DNA of 58,003 nt, filler included, from Catajapyx aquilonaris (Eukaryota), in assembly GCA_000934665.2 (NCBI GenBank). It is 2 parts of 2 records of this genome, joined end to end, with 100 filler letters (N's around TTAATTAATTAA, not from the genome) between each part and the next. Parts side by side here need not be neighbours in the genome. Positions count along the whole stretch, not along the records: positions 1 to 28,931 come from KZ539231.1; positions 29,032 to 58,003 come from JYFJ02004844.1. The stretch is one strand, 5' to 3'. The position numbers and the translations under genes are program-made. The notes below the pieces were generated by a model. It had not been told where the DNA came from. It worked only from the letters and a program-made list of their open reading frames with translations, and ran no database searches. Each line of letters opens with the position of its first letter. Positions within the stretch are counted from its first letter, which is position 1. Positions 22,407 to 33,600 of this stretch are shown here, piece after piece.

Positions 22407-25400
22407 AAGTCTAAGAGCAATAGATGTGGTGGATGCTTATACCTAAATTGAGGTGAAAATGTGTTATGCGAAGTTCAACTTTACCAACTACATTTATACA
22501 AATGAATAAAAATTAATAAAAAAGCGAAGTGAATAGTTTTACCTTCATTTATCTATGCATAACGTGTATTATTTACGAAGTCTTCTACATGATTTTTCTG
22601 ATATCGACTAAGGAGCCATAAATAATAGCCTATTAATAGTCCTATACTGTAGACTGTAGAAAGTCACACACAAATCTTACAATCAAACTTTGGCAGATAC
22701 TTTGCATTAAGTTATGTCATGCTATGTGCACTGCCTCCAAAAGAAGATCGAGTATTATGAAACTCTATGAGATGCCATTGTAAGAAGAGGGTTGGAAGAG
22801 CGAGAAGCATCTTCACCCGCAATGGCAGGCATATCAATGTTCATCACTCGGAACGATTTTGCATAAGTGTGGATGCAGGTGCCATTTGTGTCACCCTGGT
22901 TCCACCTTAACTTTACACTATTACATAATGAAATGTACTGCACAACATTCTTTACAGCATTGCAATGACAAGTTGAGTAAGTTTCTCCACGCATCTATAT
23001 AGTCTCTTTCATTGCAACATTTTAAATACGCAGCGACACACAAGTGTTGTGCTGTATATACACTACTTTTTTTTAAATTTCTCAATCAAATGACTCCAAA
23101 GAAGCGTCACAAGTTTTGGCAATAATTTCCTGGTGTCAAAGGCCAATGAACTAAAAGGCAGCATGACACAGACAGTCAATTCTAGTCCCGTCTAGAACTT
23201 AAGCAGCTACACAGAAGCAACAACACAACAATGGCTTTCCATTTCTACATACTGAGAAGTTGTGTCGAACAATAGACTTTACAACATGTGCAACAGCATC
23301 TCTGGCTCTGGGATCATCAACAATATATTGATGCAATAATATTGAAGGGTATGGTGCAAGCAGCCTGGGGTAATGACGTTCATTTAATGGGTAGACTAGA
23401 TTATAGAGAGCCTTGAAGAAGCCACTCTAGACTATACTAGATTGATAATAAATTGCATGATCGGCCTGTCCAGATTGACACCCTCCTGCCCTTCACAGGT
23501 AATGACAAACTTTGGCTTATTGTTTTTAGTTAGCCTACTACACAATGGTCCATGACACCAGTTTTAAGGCATATCGAGTGTATATGCAAATGTTATACAA
23601 GCAGAGCCACGTGAGACTCAGAGCATTAAACGACAGTTTCTTGCTGAAGTCTGCAGTCTACAGCCTTTTGAAGAGGTACCATGAGGAACAGCCGTATTAC
23701 ACCAAATGTGCGGATATATTCAAGAGAGCAAGTTGATAATTGTCTTTTTTAAATATATTGTACCGGAATATTATTTTCAATTTGAATGAAATTTGAATGA
23801 AATTAAATGATCGCAAACCTTTGTTGGTGTCATTTGAGAGATGAGTTAATACGTCAGTATACTACGTGTAACAATACTGTATATATTGCATGCACCTGTG
23901 AATATTAGCAAATAATTTCCCTTTGGACGAAAATTCCTTGTGACTGCCCTTTTTGCCAGTTTATCGGGGCATGGCATTGGCACCAAGTTGTGTCCAGTTT
24001 TGGTAGTTGCTACTGCTTTATATTCAGCAGTTTTTCATCATTTTGTGGTGCTACCTGGTAGTTATGTTAAGTGTGGTTCTTCTGGGTTTGGCAACTTTGG
24101 TTATTAACACGGAATTGTAGGTAAAAATGCTTTTATTATTTTTTATCCACATCATTCTTTGTAATAAATATATTGTCAATCAATCTTTTGCACATCAGTC
24201 ATAACAGGCATAACAGTCATGTACATTGTCTCACATTTTCATTTTTGTGGTGAAAATATATGTCAAGTGTGACATTGCCTATTCCTTCTCGACTTACTCA
24301 CGTGATCATGAGCACTATTTCCGCCTGTAGAATATTGCCCGCTACAAATTATGCATCAAGCATGGTTTTTTTTAAAAAAAAAGGCAATAAATTATGGGGT
24401 CACCTTCACATGTCACGTGAATAGATACAGGTTCAGACACCTGAACTGTCATAACAAGTCAGAGTAGTTCGAGGTCATTCATGACGGTAATCACGCCAAT
24501 CACTGTCACCGCGATGCTTCTGTATAAATAATTACCGTCAAGATTTGTGCCACTCTATGTATTACAGCTGTCCGGTTACACACTGTGACTTACGCTCACT
24601 ATCGCAGCAGCCCATTTTGACAATCCTGCATTGTCAAATTGGTGAATAATACAGCATTATTGCGATTGATGCGACGCAATCATTTGTTATATAATTTGAA
24701 AACTGTAGGTGCAAAATAAATCATACCAACCTTGCAGTTAGTGTGCATGTGTCACGTAATTTGCATTCGCAATATCACTTACATCACTTAATTCTTAGAA
24801 GATTGCGAAAGTGACAAAAAGAGGCTGATAAATCTCATCTTGGGAATGCCGGTATAATTATAGTTTTCGTGATGACTAGAGCCCTATAGCTATTTCCGCA
24901 TATCTAATCCAGCTGTGCAATAGTCGACTAACTTAATACAGCTAGTGTTCGCAGACTGTTTCATAATTATTCCAAAAAATTCAGTGCACGGTATGATGTT
25001 CATGTAAGGATGTCGCAGGATGTCGTTTGGCCCATGTACCATTTTACTTGGGTACACGCAGGGCCTGTTTCAGACCTTGGGGGACCCGGGGCGCTCTTGG
25101 TTGGGGGGGGGGGGGGGNGGGGGGGGCAAACGTAAAAATTAAAATATACAGCAATAAGGATAATTCATGAAATTAACACATCACAGTCAGTTTAATGCAT
25201 TTAAGCCTGGAGCTGGATGTTCGTGAGTTTCGTCACAAGTGGTTAATTTTTAATTTTTAATAATAAAATAAAGTATTTTAACTCTTTAATTTTTGTGCCA
25301 AATTTTGCCAAGTTGGTGCCTAGTCGAATAATATATGGTGGGTGTAGGTCATTAGTCTCAACGACCTTCATAAGTTCGCATAATTATGCTGATTAGGCCT

Positions 25401-25451
25401 ACGTGATCTTTTCAAGTTACAAAAAACACAGATCATCTTGGAGCGATCATA

Positions 25452-25532
25452 CGAACTATCTACTTATAGGACTAGTACACGTGGTATTACATATTCTATA
25501 ATACCACGTGTACTAGGCCTATAAGTAGTTCG
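25452..25532. repeat. Copy-B-specific fold-back hairpin
   Basis: ctacttataggactagtacacgtggtatta-(9 nt)-taataccacgtgtactaggcctataagtag pairs at 29/30 positions. Copy A (~20180-20210) has only the right arm. Confidence 0.9.
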
Positions 25533-25988
25533 TATGCCTCAACTTTAACTATACTCACATAATTATGTAGATGTTCAATATTATTTAATACAGGTGCTCA
25601 AAGAAACCACATATTTCTAAATTCCAAGTGAGCTAAATGTCCACGTGAGGCTTTTTTTACACGTCCAATTGGTATAAATTCCACTCATGCCTCGACTCCG
25701 CTAACCGATGCGTGATTGGCCACCTCACATGAATTTGTATCATTAAGTCGGCACAGGAAAAGATTGCACAGGTTTTAGTGAGATTTTGAGGTAGAGTCGC
25801 TAGACGCAAATGGAGCCCGACATGGCTTGTCATTCATGTAATTAAAGATCCAGTTTTTGGAAAAATGTTTTGTAAATATATAATAAATTATATAATGAAA
25901 CGAGAAGAGCGTCAGAAACTCACCTTGAAATATATAGGATACGGGTATATAAGACGACGTTAGAGTCGCATTTTTTCACAGAATCACC

Positions 25989-27739
25989 ATGAAATTCCTG
26001 GTGTGGTTGCTGGTTGCTCTGGTGCCCTCCATCTTTGCCGGGGTCGTCCCAGAAGGTCTGTATTTTTACGATATTTATTAGGAACACCCACATTTATTGG
26101 GAAAGTGCTACTCACATAGTCACATTTGAATATTATTAAGATTCCCTTTTGTAGAGAACTAGGCCTACTCTGTAATGTATGACATGTGTTTTTCTAACGG
26201 TTGTTCCAGTCTCACACCTCCAGCCATATGCGGACACAAAATTATTGCAGCCTTGCACACTTGTCAAGGTTTTTTTCCCCATATGACATAAGTACCCTTG
26301 CGTCATATGGGCAAGAGTGTCCTCTCGATCTGAAGTAATTTAATTTTTGTTGGGGCCGGCAGTCATGATATCCTGGTATGTCACTGTCAAGCTGCAGAAG
26401 CCACTGTGATCAACATGAATTTCACCTGAATCCAATTATAAAGTCGCAATTTCTCTGCAAATTTTTGCAGGGGCCAGTGTTTATTTTAAGTAATGTGTGA
26501 TATTCACATTAATATTAATATAAAAATAAGTACAATTATTATCAGCCTTGTTGCCTGCATCATAAAGGCAATGTTTCCTCCACATAATTATTTTCAGATG
26601 ATGTAATTTCTACCTGCAAGGATGCTAGTCAAGCAGAGATGGGACCATGTCTGGTCGATCTCATCAACAAGATGAGCCCGGACTTTGAAAAGGGTATGAA
26701 TTTTATGACTCTCATTCTTTTGCTCGAATAATAGATTGCTTTGTATAATATTTTATGTTTAGTCGTTCAAACATTATGAATATTCCTTTGCCTCGCATGT
26801 CAATGAATATGTTGTCACTTTTCACCTACTATTATGTCCGTCACAATATTGATTCATGTCTAAAAGCTTTACTGCATTTTCAGGTCTGCCTGAGTTTGGT
26901 TTACCATCCTTGACGGAGGTAGAACTGGACAGGTTCGGCATGACCGAGAGCCAAAACGAGAACACTTACTTTAAAATCGAGTTGTGGAACATGATATTTA
27001 AGGGTCTTGAGGAAGCGAAAATGACCAAGATTGATGTCGATTACGACAACAAGATTGCTCGCTGGGAAGCTGTCGTCCCGGAGCTCTTTTTGCGTGCAAA
27101 ATACAAGATTGACGCCCAGCTGTCCTTCATTCCCATCCAAGGTGATGGCACAATGTGGGCAAAGCTGTGTAAGTCTTCAAAAATCAGTGACACGCAGTGT
27201 CAGAGTTCAGCTTTATTATAAATAATTTATGCAATCTGAACAAGTTAGAGTCCATTGGGACTACGAACGTTATAATTAAAACACGAATAATTGTTGTGAT
27301 GCAACAATTTCAGCAAATGGTATTGCTAAAGGATACCACACATTCAACATTGTTGGTGAAGATAATCACTTGGAGGTGGTGGGGACAGTGGAGGACCTGG
27401 ACTACGAAACCGCCACAGTCAGATTCAATAATCTTTTCCCAGGAAATGAAATCTTGAGTGAGTTTTATCTTGGTTTTACTATTGAATCATTGTATAGTGC
27501 TGGCTGCCATTTCCACTTAAACGTCCTACGTGTAACACTTTTCTTGTTCATCCATTGCAGAGGAAGCGGCCGAGTCCTTCATTAACCAAAGTGCCGGAGA
27601 CATGTTCGAACTGATCGAACCTGAGATGAATAAAAAACTTAGCAAAGTCGTCACCGACTATGGAAACAACATCGGAAAAACTCTTCCCATTGAAAAGTTG
27701 GCAGGAGAAAAATATCTTAGAGAAGTGTTCAATCTCTAG
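25989..27739 (+). CDS. Takeout/JHBP-family secreted protein, copy 4 (256 aa). Exons 25989-26055, 26598-26693, 26884-27168, 27314-27457, 27561-27739.
   Basis: Same structure as copy 3; 15 coding differences in 771 nt by manual comparison. AATAAA at ~27838. Confidence 0.93.
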
Positions 27740-28189
27740 AAGTTTAAGAACAATAGTTGTCATGGATACTTAAACCTAAAGTGAGGTGAAAATGTGTTAT
27801 GCAATGTTCAACTTTACCAACTACATTTATAAAAAGGAATAAAAATGAATAAAAAAGCGAAGTGAATAGTTTTGTACAACTTCATTTACCTATGCGTAGA
27901 AAACCTGTAAATAACCATGCGCTATGGCTGCCTTCATGAAGAACAAAACATACGGTACTGGATAATAGAAATATTCTATCTCTCATAGTGTATGATTTGT
28001 TATGCGCAGTTGTTACTTTCTAAGGCATAATATACCATGCACATATTAAGGCCAGTTTAATTAAAACTCACATGAGCTGAACCCTGAACGTGTTAAGTAG
28101 TATTCGAGTAACCGGTAATAAGTAGGAAAAAATGTCCATATTTCGACAATGCGACTAATTCCTATCACCATGCTATCCCAGTGGTATAA

Positions 28190-28358
28190 AGGCCCATTCA
28201 CACAGGCCGTCGACGGTTTTGGTTTTTGGTCTCGTCGACGCCGCGGACCAATCAGAACGGGCCCTCACGTAAACAACGCGTCATGGTTACCGTGAGGGCC
28301 CGCTCTGATTGGTCCAAAACCAAAACCAAAACCGTCGACGGCCTGTGTGAATGGGCCT
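28190..28358. mobile_element. 169-bp fold-back MITE (PIF/Harbinger-like)
   Basis: Long TIRs aggcccattcacacaggccgtcgacggttttggtttt, almost palindromic throughout, with a TAA TSD on both sides. Confidence 0.9.
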
Positions 28359-28931
28359 TAATGTGTTGCAAAATTTTACTACCGGCGACAGTGAGAAAAT
28401 GTCACAAAGACGGAATTGGTGAGCTGGCAGCACTGGTGCGAACATGCGTGCATTGTGCGACCTTCGACATCGGTTTGTTTTTAAAGGCATAATGGGGAAG
28501 TAGCCTTCATTTTGGAAACTACATAATAAATTCGCCCATATTTTTTGGATTTTTCTGGCATATTCCGTTTTAAGATATCAGTTTCAGTTCCGGAGATATT
28601 GGCGTTTTTTCGTAGGCAAATGGTGACGCCACTGTTTGCCTCGAAAATGTTGACGTCACGCGAAGTGAAATGAACGCAAAAACGATGTTATAGAACGCGC
28701 CCCGTCATTGTTGTAAAATGCTTCGCTGTTGTTAGCAACCACGGCTGTAGAAGACTCAGGTTAGGTCACTCCCCACCCACCCCCTGCCGAAGGATTACGC
28801 ACCGGGTGGCCACTTGAGATCGCTACGAGACATTTCCCAAGGCTATCATGTGGCGACCCTACCGGACTAAGGCTGAACTTTACAGGTACGAAGGGGAGGG
28901 CTACATGCCGGCCCAACATGGCCGCCAGCGG

Positions 28932-29031
28932 NNNNNNNNNNNNNNNNNNNNNNNNNNNNNNNNNNNNNNNNNNNNTTAATTAATTAANNNNNNNNNNNNN
29001 NNNNNNNNNNNNNNNNNNNNNNNNNNNNNNN
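28932..29031. other. Assembly gap with artificial TTAATTAATTAA linker
   Basis: Exactly 100 nt: 44 N, a six-frame-stop linker, then 44 N. Confidence 0.95.
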
Positions 29032-30576
29032 GCTGCGCCTCTGGCGGCCAGACCTTACTTCACACTCACACCCCGCTAGAGGGAAAACGGCCCCAGTTTT
29101 GCCACCATACCCTGTTTATCCATCTTGCATTATGGTAGGATTTGAGCTAGATAGTATAGAAAAGGGGGGGATTTTTACATTTTTTTTTCTAGAGATTTTT
29201 TTTTTTTTTTTCCAAGACAGGCGATTGTCAGATGCGATACCTTTTCCTTTTGTAGTTTCTTGCGTCGTCTCTTTCCGGACGGTTGGCTCAGTCGCTTATG
29301 AAAGCAGAAGGTCCCGGATTTCGTTCCGCCATTATGGATAATCTAAAAGGAAGCTTTTTGGATATTCCTTGGCGTAAAGGTATTAAGATTTCAAGCTGTG
29401 CAGAGGATTTCGGTCAGGAGGCAGGAGTTTGTGATGGTGCACTGGTCTTGAGAGAATTCATTTATGTAAAAACCTGCGCGAAATTTTTTTTTGCCGTACT
29501 TTTCAGTCTAAGCTGAAATTCATTACGGATTATACAGTAGGAAGGTATGAAAAGGAAAGCATTAGTTAAAATTTCAGCGGAAGTTAATTTCTTAATGACA
29601 ATAGCTCCAGAGACAATGTGAAAATGCATCGATGAACATGATTTTGCGATATTAATTTTTTTTGTATCGAACTCATAATTGTAATTGTGGGGCTGTTCAC
29701 CCTAATTATTATCACGTAATCTACAGAGTTTAGCCTGTACTAGTGTAGTATAATGTCACCACATAGTGCAATTAGCGTTTTATTGGCAACTGAATACTAG
29801 CTCATTACATGTTGGCTCAGTGCCATTAGTTGGTATCACCTAGGTATTTATTGTTGAAAGTTTGATGGGTGGGTGCACTTACGAGATTGCGTCAAAAATT
29901 CATATTTTTAAAATAAAAACAGATCAGTTATGATCGCTAAAATGGGGCGTTTTCAACAAAGTGGGCGAATTTTTATCTGTTCATGATTACATCATAAATT
30001 GGTGATGTAGTGGATCAAATTAGTTGGGGAAACATAATAATAGTTTCCCGGTATGACAGCGATAAGTGCTGTGATCACGCAGATAATATTTAGGGCATTG
30101 TTCAAAATAACTGGCAAATCAATGGAATGGGGATGTCAATAAATCATAGGTGTCTTTTTAGCACAACAAGGCCATTCCATGACAAATCATCTAATGTATT
30201 ACCTCATCTTTTAAAGTATAAATTTTAGTTCCGCCACACTTCAATCAGGCAACTGGAGAAAAAGAGAAGTGAGTGTTCACAAGATTTTTTTTTTGTCTAT
30301 AATGACGTGAGCTCAAAACTGTATTATACTAATTTTTTATCACTCTCTGGTTATGAACATGTCGTTTCTAAGAACTATAGTGCAAGAAAAATTTGTTTGC
30401 ATGTAGCTTGTATCCTTTCAACATAATTACACATAATTAAATAGAGTCAATTGAGGTTCGCATGTTTATGCCAGTCATTTACCGAGCTGTTTAGATTATA
30501 CACAATGTCATTCACCCAGATTGTTTACTACAATGCCGGAATAGGCCTATACGGCTGAATATTCATCACATTAACA

Positions 30577-30592
30577 TAATAATAATAACAAC

Positions 30593-30637
<45 letters not shown>
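30577..30637. repeat. (AAT)n microsatellite
   Basis: About 20 AAT/AAC units. Confidence 0.95.
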
Positions 30638-30638
<1 letters not shown>

Positions 30639-33600
30639 TCGTCATATTTTATTTGCCTAATTTTAATCATATTATTGCCCAAATATACTCGTCATTGTTT
30701 ATTCTCCATGGGCTTCTGGTCATTCAAGCATAGATATTCTATTGCTAATCTATACTTTCAGGACTGCATAATTATGACAGTAGCGGTGATTTCCAATTTG
30801 TTCTGAAATTATTAAGACTATATTTTCTCTTGATTCTAAACAGTTTGGAGAATAAAAGTTTTCCCTAGCATGGTAGTTAAAAAACATGAAAAAAGGAACC
30901 AAACACAAGCAAGTGCCTAGTATCGGAATGTAACCTGCGATAAAGACAAAACGCTGTTACAAACTATGCGCACTTTGCCAAGACAACTTTGCAAATTAGC
31001 CTCCCACCTTTCCGGCGACGCCATTAAAACTCTTTTCAATTCCAAGAATGAAGGGAATAAACGATCGTTTCACTTGATTGCCCTCAAAATCCGTTGTCTG
31101 CTTTTCTGCCAGTTTGATGACCGATTCGTGCAATTCTCCCGTTAGATAACTGCAAAATCTAGCGGCAGAAGGCGAAAAGTAATGTGACCTCGACACGCCA
31201 TTCGTCAAAGTGACCCCCGGCGTTTCAAACAAGCCTAATGTTTCATCCAGAAGTTATGTCAATATAGCATAAGGGGGGGGAAAAAAATCAGACTTGCGGC
31301 AAATATACCGCCCCATTCGTTTTTCCATTTTCTGCACCTCCAAAGAGGGGAAACCATTTTTATATTTTCTTAACAGAGAGGGATAAAGAGTCTCTTTTCC
31401 TCCTTTGTTGGCAGAAGCCTCCAGGTTTGTATATTTTAGAGTGAGATTCCTTCCTACTTGACCAACGTAAACAGTATCAAGAATGGTGGCCCCCTTTCTT
31501 ATTCAAATATTGGGGAGGAGAGACGGGAAAGGGCAGGGGGTGGAGGAGAGACGGGGGGGGGGGGGGGTATCAGTCTTCTTCCTTTGTGCATTGGCCTATT
31601 CTGAAACTGCCATTGAAGTATTCCAACAAAAAATAATTTTAAAATTTTATGCAGCCAAGTAGTACTTTACAAAGGGGAAGAAAACCTTCCAGATCCTTTA
31701 TACACAGAGAAGTACTGTACATGCTTAGGGTTGAAAAGTTAGATTCCTATAAAAATGCAAACCAAACTGGTGGCTCGTATATAACCAGAATATGTTACGT
31801 CTGATAAAGTGTAGGTAACTTCGAACTTTGACTGTACAAAAGAAAACCAGCCTATATACACATGATGGGAATATTTATTACCCTGTAGTCTGAGCATAGA
31901 AATTGTTAAAATTCCTGCCAAATTATGCTCCTTTCAATTTTCCATTCACTAAAACTACCATCCAACTTTGATCTGAATGACCCCCTGCCATATTCCTCAT
32001 CACACGCTCTTTGAGACCGGCCATAGATTGGTTTGAAGCAACGCAAATTGCCCGTGACACTCGTGTCTAACTCTGCTCCTGTAATGGCTGACAGTAATGG
32101 CTATTCATCTACACTAAGGACCTTCATTTATCAACGTCTATTTGTTCTGCTTTAATTACAGGGATTGACCTCGAGAAAAAGTTGGGTCCTTGTCTGGAGT
32201 GTCTGGTCCCCAATATGTCCAACCCTCCCCCAACTTGCAGCTAATGATGAAGCTAGATGGGTGAGGGTTGAAAAGGACCAAGAGTAGGCAGGCAGAGAGG
32301 GGGGGTTTATTGCAAAGCAAAAGTGGCGGAGAGGATGAGAGGCAAAAGGAGGAAACGAGGGAGCCATTAGTAGTAATGGATGCCAGCAATGTAGGGGGGG
32401 AAAGGAGGCTGCCTTATCTCTAGAATGGAAAGTGGGAGGATGGGTAGAAATTCCTGGCGACTTGCTTCCGGATTGCTTGCAGTTCAAATCCTAGTCGACA
32501 ACCCACGAGAGTTGACCTCATAATGGCTGCTGGTTATGCGACTCGGCCCCACAGCCTTGGGTTTGACTAATGACTCTTGCGAGCCAATGATTGTCTAGCC
32601 TGGTTAATAATTACCAACAGGTATTGATACAGATGGCAAGTAAATCACCTTTGGCCAAAGCCGCCTGGCCCATTAATCACCATGGCCGGTCTAGGAAAAT
32701 GAATAGAGGCAGTGTGGTTGGTAGGGTGGTGGTTGTCGTCTCTCGACAGCAGCAAGCTCCCTAAATCAGAGCATTGGTCGAGTGAGAAGGATGCAGAAAG
32801 GAGAGTATGGCCGCCCCTAGTGTGTTTGTGAAGCGGAGTTGTCCAGGCAGTGACGGGACCGTCCATCCTCCTTTTTGCCGCTTGGCTGGACTCTCTTTGC
32901 TAACCAGAGAGAAGGAAGGCTCCTTTGAATAGACGCGGGGGGATCAGCCGTAAATCGCGACAAGGACCAAGTCTTTCTTGTCCACTGGCCTGCACACTCC
33001 CGAGGAATTGGGAACATTTTTTTAGAAGGTCTAGGAGTGATGATTAATGTTTGTTACGCTGATGAAATTTCTAGCACTTTATTTTATTATTTTTAAAGCT
33101 ACATAAATCGGGCGGGCAGGAACAAAATGTGTTTTCCAATAACCATTTCTGCAGCCGTGATTGAACGAGACGGCCAGTATAGCAACCGGGAAGAAAATCC
33201 GGGGACCCCGTCCCTAAAGTGGCGCAACCTGTGCTAATCCTCCAACTTAATTTGTCCAATCCCTTTTCCCTGGGTAAGCTTTTAGAACTGTAGGCTGTCG
33301 AGGCTAGGACCTTGCACATTGCCAATATCATCAAGGACAACTCCTTTTCTTTTTCTTCAGGGACTCCTTCGTCACTTCACCAATCCAAACTCTAGGAAGA
33401 GATAAAGTCTCTAATCTCCTGAACTACCCTGAAAATTTTTCACCCCTTTCTCCCTGGTTGCTCAATCCATTGGAAATGTCAGTCTTGGGCAGTCACCCTC
33501 GAAAACAATGCAGGGGGGCTGCAAGATTTCTCTCTCTTTTCCCATTTCCTCCATTGTGTATAGACAGGGTGAAACGATTGCGCAGTTTAGGAACAGGAAG

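Larger units (their letters stand above)
18986..22558 (+). repeat. Segmental duplication copy A (gene 3 plus 1.7 kb upstream)
   Basis: Collinear with 24262-27896 from gtcaagtgtgaca..gcctattccttctcgac through the 3' UTR. Confidence 0.93.
24262..27896 (+). repeat. Segmental duplication copy B (gene 4 plus upstream region)
   Basis: Collinear with 18986-22558, with small indels. Confidence 0.93.

Noticed and set aside
28481..28930. Possible Kolobok-like element starting ttaa|agg
   Set aside because: I found no matching right TIR on either side of the gap.
28976..28987. TTAATTAATTAA motif
   Set aside because: It is an artificial scaffold linker between N runs.
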